Assembly (NCBI GenBank): GCA_964496125.1
Contig: CAZBXE010000005.1
Location: forward strand, 86,084-150,083
DNA: 64,000 bases
Reading direction: 5' to 3'
From: an uncultured bacterium
GTDB taxonomy: Bacteria; Chlamydiota; Chlamydiia; Chlamydiales; CAZBXE01
Shown here: positions 27,796 to 41,570 of the stretch, piece after piece
Numbering within the stretch: position 1 is the first letter of the stretch
Layout: every line of letters starts with the position of its first letter
Translations under genes and position numbers: made by a program
Notes under the pieces: model-generated
Told to the model about the DNA's origin: nothing
The model's database searches: none
The model's input: the letters and a program-made list of their open reading frames with translations, nothing else

Positions 27796-28451
27796 ATGGT
27801 TTGAAATACCCTTTCTCTGTCTAACGTTGCATCAATTACGCATATGCGGTTTGGCTCTTTCTTTGCAATGGCAAGAAAAGTCTCTCTTACTCTTTCATGG
27901 AAGGCAAACTCTTCAGATTCGATCCGGTCATTCTGGTGGCCATTTCGCCTACTCATCCTCTGCAGACCTAAACGAGGATCAAGGTCAAAGTAAAACGTAT
28001 AGTCAGGTTTTACGCGATCCGCTATGATGCTACTCATTTTTTCTACTTGATCAAAGGGAAGACTTCTGCCACCCGCTTGATAGGCAAGTGTAGAATCAGT
28101 AAAACGGTCACAAAGAACGATTTCCTGTCTTTCCAATGCAGGTAGAATCTTCTCTTGGATGTGCTGCGCACGAGCTGCTAATATTAAACAGAGTTCTGTC
28201 CAAGGAGATATGATGTGCCCTCGATGCTGTAAAAGAAGCGCGCGTATCTCTTCTCCGAGGATTGTACCTCCAGGCTCACGCGTGCAAACAACAGGATACT
28301 TACCCTCGAGTTCTGCCCGCACTCTCAGAATGGCTGTACTCTTCCCGGCGCCCTCGCCTCCCTCAAAGGTGATGAAAAGACCCTTATTCAGGGTTGTTTT
28401 CTGTTGCAGCTTCCTCATCTCCTTCAATCTTCTGTACGGCCACAAGAACAT
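27762..28451 (-). CDS. tmk: Thymidylate kinase
   Basis: FITFEGGEGAGKST P-loop, DRF, and LDPRLGLQR lid. The start is either 28451 or the Met at 28418. Both overlap the gyrA 3' end. Confidence 0.9.
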   Translation of the reverse strand: MFLWPYRRLKEMRKLQQKTTLNKGLFITFEGGEGAGKSTAILRVRAELEGKYPVVCTREPGGTILGEEIRALLLQHRGHIISPWTELCLILAARAQHIQEKILPALERQEIVLCDRFTDSTLAYQAGGRSLPFDQVEKMSSIIADRVKPDYTFYFDLDPRLGLQRMSRRNGHQNDRIESEEFAFHERVRETFLAIAKKEPNRICVIDATLDRERVFQTIWSQIQCLLES

Positions 28452-30855
28452 CGCCTTCTTTCAAGTTTGCAAGGCGCACACCTTGTGTATTTCTTCCAAG
28501 AACACGCAGCTCTTCCATGCCGATACGGATGGTTTGTCCTAGTGAGGACATCATGATCAGGCCATCTTTGTCCGTGACTTTGAGGGCCCCTACCACTTTG
28601 CCATTTCGCTCACTTGTGACAATCGATCTCACGCCAACACCCCCTCGGTTTGTCTGACGGAAATCTTCTACAGCGGTTCGTTTTCCAAAGCCGTTTTCAC
28701 ACACAACAAGAACTGTTTGATTTCCTTCCACGACCTCACAGCTAATGACCCTGTCCCCTTCTGCCTTCAGATTGACACCTCGAACGCCGCGAGCGGTACG
28801 TCCCATCGGTCGTACTTGGTCTTGGTCAAAGCGCACGGCACTGCCCTCTCTTGTAAAAAGCATTACCTGCTGTTTTTCTTTTACTTCCTTTGTCGCAATC
28901 AATTCATCACCCTCATCGATTTCAATAGCCCGTATCCCGTTCTTTCTTGGATTGCTGAAGGCACTGAGGGATGTTTTCTTAATCACACCATTTCGTGTTG
29001 ACATGATTACATAACTTTCTGGATTAAAATTGGAGACGCAAAGCAGTGCTGCAATTCTCTCTTGTGGTCTAATGTCTTCAATCAGGTTGATGAGGGCCTT
29101 GCCTTTTGCCTTTCTACCCGCTTCTGGGATCTGCCACCCTTTTAACCAGTAACATTGTCCCATATTTGTAAAGACAAGTAGGTTGTCATGTGTTGATGCT
29201 ACGAATATCGACTTTATGGCATCTGTTTCTCGCTTGAGATCAAAACCACTTACGCCTTGACCCCCTCTTCTTTGCTCCCTAAAGGTTTCAATCGGCATTC
29301 TTTTGACATAATCGTCGTCTGAGACGGTGATGACCACTTCTTGCTCTGCAATCAAGTCTTCCATGTTCATCTCCCCTTCCATAGGCATGATCTGGGTTTT
29401 TCTCTCGGATTTGTGGACCCTTTGGATCTCCCCCAGCTCCTCTTTTATGAGGTCCCGAACCATCGATTCACTTGCAAGCACTGATTGCAAATACTCGATC
29501 TTTTTCACGAGATCTTGATACTCTTGGGTTAGCTTATCTCGTTCTAGGCCTGTGAGTTGATACAATCTAAGCTCTAGAACCGCCGCTGCCTGTCTTTCCG
29601 TAAAGCTAAACTTCGCCTGGAGAGACTTTTGCGCAGCTTCCCGACTTTCTGAGGTTTTGATCAGCTGTACAACTTCATCAAGATGATCAATGGCTTTTAA
29701 AAACCCTTCTAGTACATGGGCTCTGGCCTCAGCCTTTTTCAATTCAAACTTTGTTCGTCGTCTGATAACATCAATTCTGTGATCAATCCATGCTTGGATC
29801 ATCTGCTTGACGTTCATGATTCGTGGCATGCCATGGTCCAAGGCTAGCATATTGCAGCCAATTGTCACCTGAAGGTCGCTATATTTATAAAGTTGGTTCA
29901 AAACGAGGTCTGAGGACTCCCCTTTTTTAAGCTCTACAACCACGCGCAATCCATCTTTATCTGACTCGTCCCGCAAATCGGATACCCCTTGGATGACTTT
30001 GTCGTTAACTAGATCTCCAATCTGTTTTACAAGGCGTGACTTATCGATATTGTAGGGGATTTCTGAAATAACAAGCTGTTCCCTATCCTCTTTTTTAGGC
30101 TGAGGCTCTACTTCAATTTTACCTCGGAGCAAAAGCTTTCCACGCCCTGTAAAAAATGCCTCGCGAATACCCCTATAACCGCAAATAATCCCTCCTGTCG
30201 GAAAGTCGGGTGCTGGCATAACCCTCATAATGTCTTCAGTGCTTGCTTGGGGGTCATTGATCAAGAGTTTTGTAGCGTCGATGAGTTCTGAAAGGTTATG
30301 GGGGGGGATGGTCGTTGCCATTCCAACTGCGATCCCCGAAGAACCGTTACAGAGAAGATTTGGGAACTTGGCGGGAAAAACAACAGGTTCTTTCTTGGTT
30401 TCGTCATAGTTTGCAACATGTTCGACCGTGTCTTTATCAAGGTCTTCCATGAGCTGCATAGAAGCGTGCGTAAGTCTTGCTTCGGTGTATCGCATTGCCG
30501 CTGGTGGATCGCCGTCAATCGAACCAAAGTTTCCTTGACCATCAATGAGACGGTAACGCATTACCCAGTCTTGCGCAAGCCTAACAAGCGTGGGATAGAT
30601 TACTGTTTCTCCATGGGGATGGTAGTCACCCGAGGTGTCCCCGGAAATCTTGGCACACTTACGGTGCTTTCCTCCTGGGGAGAGGTTTAGCTGCCGCATC
30701 GCATACAGGATTCTCCGTTGGGAGGGTTTTAGACCATCGCGCACATCAGGGAGAGCTCTAGAGACAATTACAGACATCGAATAGCGAAGATAGCTGTCCT
30801 TCATCTCATCTTCGACGGTACGTGGCAAAATGGTTTCATTTTCAGTATACGACAT
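28384..30855 (-). CDS. gyrA: DNA gyrase subunit A
   Basis: 823 aa with active-site AAMRYTEARL, the QRDR-like SGDTSGDYHPHGE region, and C-terminal beta-pinwheel repeats. Confidence 0.97.
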   Translation of the reverse strand: MSYTENETILPRTVEDEMKDSYLRYSMSVIVSRALPDVRDGLKPSQRRILYAMRQLNLSPGGKHRKCAKISGDTSGDYHPHGETVIYPTLVRLAQDWVMRYRLIDGQGNFGSIDGDPPAAMRYTEARLTHASMQLMEDLDKDTVEHVANYDETKKEPVVFPAKFPNLLCNGSSGIAVGMATTIPPHNLSELIDATKLLINDPQASTEDIMRVMPAPDFPTGGIICGYRGIREAFFTGRGKLLLRGKIEVEPQPKKEDREQLVISEIPYNIDKSRLVKQIGDLVNDKVIQGVSDLRDESDKDGLRVVVELKKGESSDLVLNQLYKYSDLQVTIGCNMLALDHGMPRIMNVKQMIQAWIDHRIDVIRRRTKFELKKAEARAHVLEGFLKAIDHLDEVVQLIKTSESREAAQKSLQAKFSFTERQAAAVLELRLYQLTGLERDKLTQEYQDLVKKIEYLQSVLASESMVRDLIKEELGEIQRVHKSERKTQIMPMEGEMNMEDLIAEQEVVITVSDDDYVKRMPIETFREQRRGGQGVSGFDLKRETDAIKSIFVASTHDNLLVFTNMGQCYWLKGWQIPEAGRKAKGKALINLIEDIRPQERIAALLCVSNFNPESYVIMSTRNGVIKKTSLSAFSNPRKNGIRAIEIDEGDELIATKEVKEKQQVMLFTREGSAVRFDQDQVRPMGRTARGVRGVNLKAEGDRVISCEVVEGNQTVLVVCENGFGKRTAVEDFRQTNRGGVGVRSIVTSERNGKVVGALKVTDKDGLIMMSSLGQTIRIGMEELRVLGRNTQGVRLANLKEGDVLVAVQKIEGDEEAATENNPE

Positions 30856-30865
30856 CGCTTTTCCT

Positions 30866-33768
<2,903 letters not shown>

Positions 33769-33826
33769 AAAACAAGCGAATCAGCAAGGTTTTTTTTGCT
33801 GTTAAAAAAGAGTTTAGGGGCGGATT

Positions 33827-34741
33827 TTAGTAGAAAAAAGCAAGCTGGAAAAGGCTTCTTACAGAAGACCATAACGCTTTGTTAAACGTCCCTTGCACAG
33901 TGACGGGAAACCTTCCCCCAAGACCTACTGTTTCTGCTAATACTTGTGTTTTTTGAACCCCTCGATTTGTCACAAAATCGGAGTATTTGCATAAGATAGA
34001 CGCGTGCCAAAAAGGTGTGATAAAATATCCTAGCTCTACATAGCCAACCTGTCCAAAACCAACCGCAGTATCTTCAAATTTTCCCACAAAATCCAAGCGG
34101 AGATTCCATTTGCCTTGCCCTTTGTACTGAGTGTAGTGCCACTCATACCCAAAAACAAAAGAAAAAGCATCAAGAACAAAAAAGCCCTCAAACCCAGCCC
34201 ACGGGCCATGCCATCTTGCTTGGTAGAAATTGTGCAGGCCTCTAATGGGACCTAAGTCTGCACTTGAAAGGGGGGGGGTTGCAATAAGCTGCATTCCATC
34301 TTCCATCAGGACATTTTGTGCTGAAAAAGAGTAGCCTATAAGAGGTTTAAATCCTGCCGATTCGAGCTGCAGATCTAGTGAGAAGCCAAAACAACCACTA
34401 AGGTCGTACACATCATCGCCATTAGAGCGGCTTTTGGAATAGGAAAACAGCTGCATCCTATCACTTGCATGGTAGTCTGCGTCCTCGGCATATCCTTGCA
34501 CAATGCGTCCGTAGGAAGCATCTAAGACCATAAATAGATTGCTGTCCGTTTCCAGGCGGGTTTTTGCTCCAACTTCCAGAATGCATAGAGGCGACCAGGT
34601 AAGCTCAGAAAGTACATTTGGATTGTCTCTCGGACCAGCGATATTCCAGCTTAAAGAGTCTTGTCGATAGCCTAGTCGAAGAGAGCATGCCCCAGACAAT
34701 TCGGTGCAGAGTACAAGAGCTGAAACAAGCCATTTGATCAC
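33827..34741 (-). CDS. Putative outer-membrane beta-barrel protein
   Basis: Signal peptide MIKWLVSALVLCTELSGA. Alternating aromatic/Gly-rich strands. C-terminal aromatic residues (...QLAFFY). Confidence 0.55.
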   Translation of the reverse strand: MIKWLVSALVLCTELSGACSLRLGYRQDSLSWNIAGPRDNPNVLSELTWSPLCILEVGAKTRLETDSNLFMVLDASYGRIVQGYAEDADYHASDRMQLFSYSKSRSNGDDVYDLSGCFGFSLDLQLESAGFKPLIGYSFSAQNVLMEDGMQLIATPPLSSADLGPIRGLHNFYQARWHGPWAGFEGFFVLDAFSFVFGYEWHYTQYKGQGKWNLRLDFVGKFEDTAVGFGQVGYVELGYFITPFWHASILCKYSDFVTNRGVQKTQVLAETVGLGGRFPVTVQGTFNKALWSSVRSLFQLAFFY

Positions 34742-34744
34742 AAG

Positions 34745-35674
34745 TTAGCCCGTCTGCAGAACAGCTTTGGGAAGCTGGAAAAAGACATCTTCTTCTACGA
34801 AGACAACATCCTCAACCTCTTTGACCCCAAGCTGCTGTAGACGCCCGATGCACTTCTGCACAACCTCCTCAGGTGTAGAGGCTCCTGCTGTCAGGCCTAT
34901 AGTCTTCACTCCAAAAAGCCAAGCGGTCTGGATTTCCTCTTCACCTTGGATCAGATAAGCGGCTACGCCTCGCACCCTAGCCACTTCAACAAGGCGGTTT
35001 GAGTTCGAGCTTCGAGGGTCTCCCACAACAAGAACAAGGTCGGCTTCTCCTGTGATCTCCCTAAGGGCCATTTGCCTGTTTGTTGTAGCATAACAAATGG
35101 AGGAGCTAGGTAGCGTTTCGATAGCTGGGTATTTCATCAAGAGCGCTTCTGTGATCTCTCTTACATCATCTAAACTAAGTGTTGTTTGGGTGATATAGAA
35201 GAGCTTTTCCTCGCTTGAAAACCCAAGGAAAGCCACATCTGCAACAGATTCAACAACATAAGTTACATCGGGAGCCTCCCCTTTTGTACCGATCACTTCT
35301 ACGTGATTTTTGTGCCCGATGAGAATGATCTGATACCCAAGAGCCGCGTAGCGCTTGACAGCAGAATGCACCCTTGTTACAAGACCGCAGGTGGCATCAA
35401 TTTCGATCAGATTGCGACTTTTCGCCTGGTCACGGATGACCGGTGAAACACCATGGGCTGAGTAGATGAGCCGCGCTCCTACAGGAACATCTTCTAACTC
35501 TTCGATAAAAACTGCCCCCAAATCCTTGAGGCGGTTCACTACATGCTTATTATGAACAATTTCATGTTTGACATAGATAGGGGCTCCAAAGAGAGCGAGG
35601 GCACGTTCTACAGTCTGAATGGCCCTTTCCACACCGGCACAAAAACCGCGTGGCTTTGACAACAGCAGCTTCAT
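34745..35674 (-). CDS. ispH: 4-hydroxy-3-methylbut-2-enyl diphosphate reductase
   Basis: PRGFCAGVERAI N-terminus, the three conserved Cys regions (ATCGLV, ICYAT), and SSNSNRL. Confidence 0.93.
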   Translation of the reverse strand: MKLLLSKPRGFCAGVERAIQTVERALALFGAPIYVKHEIVHNKHVVNRLKDLGAVFIEELEDVPVGARLIYSAHGVSPVIRDQAKSRNLIEIDATCGLVTRVHSAVKRYAALGYQIILIGHKNHVEVIGTKGEAPDVTYVVESVADVAFLGFSSEEKLFYITQTTLSLDDVREITEALLMKYPAIETLPSSSICYATTNRQMALREITGEADLVLVVGDPRSSNSNRLVEVARVRGVAAYLIQGEEEIQTAWLFGVKTIGLTAGASTPEEVVQKCIGRLQQLGVKEVEDVVFVEEDVFFQLPKAVLQTG

Positions 35675-35685
35675 GGTTATATCTT

Positions 35686-37161
35686 TTAAGGTAGATCTTG
35701 TAAAAAGTCAAGCATCAAGCGAACTCCTCGTCCTATGCCAAACTGAGGTTCATAGCGTCTTTTATTTTCATTATAGGCATTGCCTGCAATATCGAAATGG
35801 GCCCAGGGTACGCCATGCACAAAATCTTCTAGAAACTTGGCTGCCGTAATTGCGCCGCCATTCTTTCCTCCTACATTCTTCATGTCAGCGATATCAGATT
35901 TCAGTAGGTCTCGCTGCTCTTTAAAAAGTGGCATTCTCCACACCCTCTCAAAGCTTTTGTCGCTTGCTTTCAAAAGAAGATCTGCTAGTTTGTCGTTATT
36001 GCAGAAAAGTCCAGAAGCTTCTGGACCTAAAGCAAGAGCAATGGTTCCCGTGAGTGTTGCAAAGTCAATCATACGTGTTGGCTTGAATTTATCGTAGGCG
36101 TAAGCAAGAGCGTCAGCTAAAATGAGTCTTCCTTCGGCATCCGTATTGCCAATTTCTACCGTTTTACCGAGGTAGCTTGTATATACATCGCCAGGCTTGT
36201 AGCTTTTCCCTCCAATACAATTTTCGGTCGAAGGAACAACTATAGTCAAATTGACTGGTAACTTGAGCTTTGCTGTAGCATAAAGGGTTCCGAAAGCACA
36301 GGCGGCACCAGACATGTCATATTTCATTGTCTCCATCGATCCGGTGGGCTTTAAGTTAAGGCCTCCCGTGTCAAAAGTCACACCTTTTCCCACAAGGACT
36401 GTCAAGTCATTGCTCTTCGGATTGCCTTGGTACTCCATCACAATCAGGCGGGGTTCAAGCGCAGATCCACGGTTTACAGCCAGAAGAAGGCCCATTTGCT
36501 CTTTTTCTATCTGAACCTTATTTAAAACGGTTGCCTTGACCTGAGGTAGCTGCTTGGCAAGTTCTTTTGCAAGATCGCCTAAATATTCGGGTGTTACATC
36601 ATCTGCATTGCCATTGACAAGATCTCTCGCAAGGTAGACACCCTCGCAAATCAAAGCGACATTTTTTGCAACTACAAGAGACTGTTTTGAGACGCCTACA
36701 AAGCAAACGCTCTCAAGAAGAACCGTCTTGTTATGCTCAAGTGTTTTTGCCTTCAGCTTCTCAAATACGTAATTTGGGAGCATGAGGCCTTCTGCAATTC
36801 CGCGTAGGGTTTCTTCCTCAGTTAAATGACTGGAGGAAGGCATGCACAAGGTAAGCTTGCGAATTTTTTTTGAATGAGCGTTGTAGACAAGAGGGGCTAT
36901 GCTTCTTCGCAACCCCTCTACAGTAATCTCTTTTTCCTTTCCTAAACCAACAAGAGCAATTCGGGTCTCATGACTGAACTTCCCATAGAGAATGAGGATC
37001 TCCCCCTCTTTTCCTTTAAAATCTCCATCGTCGATTGGTTTTTGCAAGTGGGCTTCATACCCTTCGTGCTCTGTGGCAATCTTCCCGCCCTCCCAAAAGG
37101 GGAAAACGAGAATCTCTGAGTCCTTTCTCTCTGAAAGAGATGAAACGCTTGCAAATTTCAT
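35686..37161 (-). CDS. pepA: Leucyl aminopeptidase (M17)
   Basis: M17 signature NTDAEGRLILADAL and VGKGVTFDTGG. Confidence 0.93.
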   Translation of the reverse strand: MKFASVSSLSERKDSEILVFPFWEGGKIATEHEGYEAHLQKPIDDGDFKGKEGEILILYGKFSHETRIALVGLGKEKEITVEGLRRSIAPLVYNAHSKKIRKLTLCMPSSSHLTEEETLRGIAEGLMLPNYVFEKLKAKTLEHNKTVLLESVCFVGVSKQSLVVAKNVALICEGVYLARDLVNGNADDVTPEYLGDLAKELAKQLPQVKATVLNKVQIEKEQMGLLLAVNRGSALEPRLIVMEYQGNPKSNDLTVLVGKGVTFDTGGLNLKPTGSMETMKYDMSGAACAFGTLYATAKLKLPVNLTIVVPSTENCIGGKSYKPGDVYTSYLGKTVEIGNTDAEGRLILADALAYAYDKFKPTRMIDFATLTGTIALALGPEASGLFCNNDKLADLLLKASDKSFERVWRMPLFKEQRDLLKSDIADMKNVGGKNGGAITAAKFLEDFVHGVPWAHFDIAGNAYNENKRRYEPQFGIGRGVRLMLDFLQDLP

Positions 37162-37167
37162 GATAGC

Positions 37168-37602
37168 TTAGAAGGGAATCTCTTCCTCGTGCAAATCCAT
37201 TTCCATCGAAAGAGCTGCGCCTGAATTTGCCCCATAAGAGGTTCCGGCAGACTCATCGCTGTTGCCTTCCTGGTTTTGAGTTCTGTCTGAGCGTCCAAAC
37301 GGGCTGAATCTAATGATCTCAGCTGTGATCTCGAGAGAAACTCTAGGATTGCCTTCGCGATCGTTGTAAATCGTTGGTGGAGCGAGTTCGCCAACAACAA
37401 TGACCGCAGATCCCTTTTTCAGATAAGGCAGCATCTTGTCGAAACGGTCTCCCCAGATGGTCACACGGTACCAAACTGTCGTATCCTTACCGCCTCTGCG
37501 AACATTTGTCGCCACGCGAAATGTCGACACTTTTTGCCCTTTCGGAACAACTCTTGTTTCTACTTCGTCACCTAGGTGACCTGCGATCTCAATCAAATTC
37601 AT
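37168..37602 (-). CDS. ssb: Single-stranded DNA-binding protein
   Basis: OB-fold N-terminus (NLIEIAGHLGDEVETR), TVWYRVTIWG, and an acidic C-terminal tip EEEIPF. Confidence 0.92.
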   Translation of the reverse strand: MNLIEIAGHLGDEVETRVVPKGQKVSTFRVATNVRRGGKDTTVWYRVTIWGDRFDKMLPYLKKGSAVIVVGELAPPTIYNDREGNPRVSLEITAEIIRFSPFGRSDRTQNQEGNSDESAGTSYGANSGAALSMEMDLHEEEIPF

Positions 37603-37661
37603 AAGCTATTCCACAAAAAATGGTGTTGCGATTAAAAAGAAAAGTCAAACACGCTTAAAGA

Positions 37662-38180
37662 TTAAGCGCGAATGCCCATCGGACCGCCTGGCCCACCAGG
37701 ACCGCCGCCCATTTGTTGCTGTGGTCTTGCGACTGGTGCTAGGTCTTTAGCGTCAGGCGTTCTCCCTTCTGCTAAGTCTGCACAGATCCTTCTCCATTTT
37801 TCCACTGTCTCTACATACAGAGGCGCAAACGCACGCAGAGCTGATGGAACCGCATGCTCCATATCAATTGTGCAATGCATCAGGATAAGCTCTTCTTTCA
37901 CAGCAACCCCAACACCACCGCCTGCCATCTGACCGCCGAGCATGGAGCCTTCTAACAGCTTTTCATAGAGCTTTAGTTTGTTTTTATCATCTTTTGGAAG
38001 GCCATCGAGAAGAGGCGAATACAGGTAAAGACGCTTAGAGTTTGGTTCATAGGTTAAGTGAAGAGAAAACTCATCATCGATCCCAAGGATACACGTGTTG
38101 TTTTCGTCGAATTCAAGGCCCTCAAGTCCGAGTTCTTTACCGAACTCTTTAAGGTTTTCCTTGGCGTTTTCAAAGGACAT
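37662..38180 (-). CDS. slc1: Type III secretion chaperone, CesT/SycE family (Slc1 / CT043-like)
   Basis: 172 aa. NNTCILGIDDEFSLHLTYE...RLYLYSPLLDGLP...LYEKLLEGSMLGGQMAGGGVGV...LILMHC closely matches my recollection of the chlamydial Slc1 family. The slc1-ssb-pepA order is the same as CT043-CT044-CT045. Confidence 0.8.
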   Translation of the reverse strand: MSFENAKENLKEFGKELGLEGLEFDENNTCILGIDDEFSLHLTYEPNSKRLYLYSPLLDGLPKDDKNKLKLYEKLLEGSMLGGQMAGGGVGVAVKEELILMHCTIDMEHAVPSALRAFAPLYVETVEKWRRICADLAEGRTPDAKDLAPVARPQQQMGGGPGGPGGPMGIRA

Positions 38181-38357
38181 TCTTACCTCCTGGAATGTTT
38201 ATCCGTCCACAATTTATCACTAACAGTCATCTTAAATGGTTTAATTTTAGTTTACAACTAGATTTTCACCATCCCCTATAGCTATGGGTTTCTTACCATC
38301 ATTATACCTCCAACTTCAAATGATGACCATTAAAAAAACCTTTAGTCACAACTCCTT

Positions 38358-39383
38358 CTATATGATGAGCATAGCATCGCCATAAGAGTAAAATCGAAAT
38401 TGCTCCTTAATAGCCCTGCGGTACGCTTGCTTCATCAAATCATGCCCGGCAAATGCAGAAACTAGCATAAGTAGAGAAGAGCCCGGTAGGTGAAAATTAG
38501 TAAGAAGAGCTTCAACATAGCGGAATTCGTAGCCTGGATAGATAAAAATATCTGTTGTAAATTGTGCCGGTTGAATTTTTCCAAATCTCTGCATGGCGGA
38601 TTCTAGCGCCCTGCAGCAGGTTGTCCCGACACAGATCTGCCGCCCACCTTTCTTTCCAGCAGTAATTCCACGGGCAGCTTCCTCGCTGATCATGACATGT
38701 TCTTCATGCATCCTGTGCCCACGGATATCCTCGCTAGAAACTGGCTTAAATGTCCCCATGCCTACATGGAGTGTGAGCATCTGGATGTCCACTCCTTTAC
38801 CCTGTAAGCTGGCAAGCAGCTCTTTTGTAAAGTGTAAGCCTGCCGTTGGAGCTGCGATCGCTCCCCTCTTCTTTGCATAAACTGTCTGATAATTTTCTGC
38901 GTCGGTTTCTTCAGCTTCGCGTTGCATGTAAGGTGGAATCGGCAACTTTCCATAACGGTCCACGAGCGCTGCAAAATCCCCATGAAAGTGAAATTTAACG
39001 CGTTTTTCACCCCCAGGAAGTGTATCTACCACCTCGCAGGCAAAGTCTTCTGCAAAGTGGATTTTTGCCCCCTTTTGAAGTCGTCTACCTGGTTTTGCCA
39101 AAACTTCCCAAACAAAATCATGCACCGGTCTAAGCAGGAGAATTTCAGCATGACCTCCTGTCTCTTTTTTGCCCACAAGTCTCGATGGGAAAACCTGCGT
39201 GTCATTCAGGATAAGGCTGTCTCCGTTCTTTAACAGGTTCTTTAGTTCAAAAAAGGGAATCTCAGAAATTAGGCCGTTTTTTCGCTCAACAATCATAAGT
39301 CGTGAGTGATCCCTAGGCTCTACTGGAAACTTAGCAATCTGCTCTGGGGGGAGCTCGTAGTAGTAATCAGAAAGGTTATACAT
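38358..39383 (-). CDS. queA: S-adenosylmethionine:tRNA ribosyltransferase-isomerase
   Basis: DYYYELPPEQIA N-terminus, PIPPYMQRE, TAGLHFT, and HVGMGTF. Confidence 0.93.
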   Translation of the reverse strand: MYNLSDYYYELPPEQIAKFPVEPRDHSRLMIVERKNGLISEIPFFELKNLLKNGDSLILNDTQVFPSRLVGKKETGGHAEILLLRPVHDFVWEVLAKPGRRLQKGAKIHFAEDFACEVVDTLPGGEKRVKFHFHGDFAALVDRYGKLPIPPYMQREAEETDAENYQTVYAKKRGAIAAPTAGLHFTKELLASLQGKGVDIQMLTLHVGMGTFKPVSSEDIRGHRMHEEHVMISEEAARGITAGKKGGRQICVGTTCCRALESAMQRFGKIQPAQFTTDIFIYPGYEFRYVEALLTNFHLPGSSLLMLVSAFAGHDLMKQAYRRAIKEQFRFYSYGDAMLII

Positions 39384-39397
39384 AGTAAGAGAGAGAC

Positions 39398-39426
39398 AAA
39401 AAAGGGGGTGCTCACGCCCCCTTTTT
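39398..39426. terminator. Hairpin with A/T runs between spoIID and queA
   Basis: AAAAAAGGGGG-tgctcacg-CCCCCTTTTT. It is symmetric and could terminate spoIID transcription on the minus strand. Confidence 0.6.
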
Positions 39427-39448
39427 GGGATTCATAAACGAGTAAGCG

Positions 39449-40366
39449 TTACCTAGTCAAAGGTCGGTCTGTTGCTACTCGTCCTTTAGCTACGCTCCGT
39501 GCTACATTCTCGACAGTAGGATATCCTAGCTCAATCGTTGACTTAGGAAATGCTTTTGCTAAGATTCGAGCTGCGTTGAGCCCTTCTTGTGCCATCTTTT
39601 CAGCCTCATCGATAGATAACGCCTGTGAAACAGCCTCCTCTGCTTCCAGGTCTCCCTGGAAGAAAACTGGGGCTTGGAAAGGGGTGATCTGCGCCTCATA
39701 AATCCCTGTAAGACTCATGACCATGTACTGCGTTGCAGCAACAGCTCCTGCTACTGAGTCATTTCTCTTACTTGTTGCTACGCCTTGATACCCCACCTGT
39801 GCTGCATCCACTTGCCAGTAGGGATTCTGTGTATTTTTAGCTTTGAAATACGCATTCGTTCTGTAGGCAATAGCAACTGCAGCGAGCGTCTCTGGCGAGT
39901 AGGGGCGAGCGCAGCGACAATTCATAACGGATGTCACAAATTCCTCGATATCAACTTCGTTTACGATACTGATCGCACCGCCGATATCGTAAACATAGAT
40001 CACACCTTTATACTCGGTTCCATCCACAAGGGTTACCGTACTTGCATCGTCTGGAACAATTTTAAGCTGGTAAACTCCAGGAAACTCTTCTCCCCAACGC
40101 AGCCCGCCAAGCATTGATTCAATAGGCAACGATTTGCCGATAAATCGTGTTCCAATACGGTAATTCTTGTAGGGATCGTACAGCGTGTATCGGCCCGCTA
40201 CCTCAAGATTAGCGTAATCCAAGTCGTGTCCGAGCAAGACTTTAATGGTTGGCGTATTTTTCTTTGCACCGCCACCAAACAGACTCGTCACGGTATCCCA
40301 AATTGTAGCTTCTGCGCAGCTCATAGCTCCCATTGCGAGGAGTAGAGTTAAGGCAATTTTTTTCAT
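39449..40366 (-). CDS. spoIID: SpoIID/LytB-domain protein (peptidoglycan remodelling)
   Basis: Signal peptide [20 protein letters not shown]. SpoIID-domain core ([24 protein letters not shown]......[19 protein letters not shown]). Confidence 0.75.
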   Translation of the reverse strand: MKKIALTLLLAMGAMSCAEATIWDTVTSLFGGGAKKNTPTIKVLLGHDLDYANLEVAGRYTLYDPYKNYRIGTRFIGKSLPIESMLGGLRWGEEFPGVYQLKIVPDDASTVTLVDGTEYKGVIYVYDIGGAISIVNEVDIEEFVTSVMNCRCARPYSPETLAAVAIAYRTNAYFKAKNTQNPYWQVDAAQVGYQGVATSKRNDSVAGAVAATQYMVMSLTGIYEAQITPFQAPVFFQGDLEAEEAVSQALSIDEAEKMAQEGLNAARILAKAFPKSTIELGYPTVENVARSVAKGRVATDRPLTR

Positions 40367-41370
40367 GGTTCAATAACTCCTTCTTGTTTTCCTAAGTGCT
40401 CATAGGCTAAGTGGGTTGCCACCCTCCCTCTGGGGGTACGCTTCAAATAGCCTTTCATGATCAAATAGGGTTCATGTACTTCTTCAAGAGTGGTAGCTTC
40501 CTCACCGACGGCAATAGCAATTGTTTCCAATCCTACAGGTCCACCGTTGTAGTGCTCCACGATTACTTCTAAAATCTTTCTATCCATTTCATCTAGGCCT
40601 TCTCGATCTATCGAAAGCATTTCAAGTGCCTGATGAACAACGTCTGCGTCTACTTTGCCTATTTTTTTTGTTTCTGCAAAATCTCTTACCCAGCGCAGCA
40701 AGTTGTTAGCTATTCTTGGGGTTCCTCGTGATCTTTTTCCAATCTCGAGAGCACCACTTTTATCTATCTCCACATTTAAAATCCGGCCACTGCGCACAAC
40801 AATCTCTTGTAAGACTTTTGGCTCGTAATAATCGAGCCTCGTTGTAAATCCAAACCTCGACCGTAGCGGACTTGACAAAAGCCCAAGGCGTGTTGTTGCC
40901 CCCACGAGGGTAAAAGGTTTCAAATTCACTTTCACCGAACGAGCCGAAGGACCACTATCGATCATAAGATCCAAAGAAAAATCCTCCATTGCTGGATAAA
41001 GGTATTCTTCCACGTTTCTTTGCAAACGGTGCACTTCATCGATAAAGAGAATATCCCCTTCCTGCAAATTTGTCAGCACTCCAGCCAAATCGCCTGCTTT
41101 TTCAAGCACGGGACCTGAAGTGACAATAAGGTTTGTCCCCATGGCTCTTGCTAAAATGTTCGCCAAAGTTGTTTTTCCAAGTCCCGGAGGCCCGCTAAAG
41201 AGACAATGGGAAAGGGGTTCACTACGTGTTTTTGCGGCTGTAATGATAATATCCAAACGTGTGCGCACGGCCTCTTGGCCCGAAAAGTCGGAAAGGGATT
41301 GTGGTCTTAGGGGTACTTCAAAGCGAACATCTTGTTGGATGAGCGATGATTCAATGAATTCATTTGTCAT
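40363..41370 (-). CDS. ruvB: Holliday junction branch migration ATPase RuvB
   Basis: [26 protein letters not shown], and [16 protein letters not shown]. Confidence 0.96.
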   Translation of the reverse strand: MTNEFIESSLIQQDVRFEVPLRPQSLSDFSGQEAVRTRLDIIITAAKTRSEPLSHCLFSGPPGLGKTTLANILARAMGTNLIVTSGPVLEKAGDLAGVLTNLQEGDILFIDEVHRLQRNVEEYLYPAMEDFSLDLMIDSGPSARSVKVNLKPFTLVGATTRLGLLSSPLRSRFGFTTRLDYYEPKVLQEIVVRSGRILNVEIDKSGALEIGKRSRGTPRIANNLLRWVRDFAETKKIGKVDADVVHQALEMLSIDREGLDEMDRKILEVIVEHYNGGPVGLETIAIAVGEEATTLEEVHEPYLIMKGYLKRTPRGRVATHLAYEHLGKQEGVIEP

Positions 41371-41518
41371 ACGTATGTAGAAAACTTATAACAGATCGTT
41401 CTTTAATTCACAATGCCATCGAATTGGCCTCCAGGTGCTCGCGGAAGTAATTATTTGAAGGGACTCATGTCAGGATCTTAAGGGTAAAAAAACCAGTAAA
41501 AATACCCCTCCCCAATAA

Positions 41519-41570
41519 ACGGGCAAAAATTGAAAGCCTGAAGGGCGCAGGCAGAAACCGACTTTTCAGT
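41519..41570 (+). repeat. Partial, diverged third copy of the MITE-like repeat family
   Basis: Aligns with 17843-17894 (about 38 of 53 positions by hand), with the exact 13-mer CGCAGGCAGAAAC. It shares the same ...GGCA(A/C)AAATTGA... junction as the 17735 element. Confidence 0.45.
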
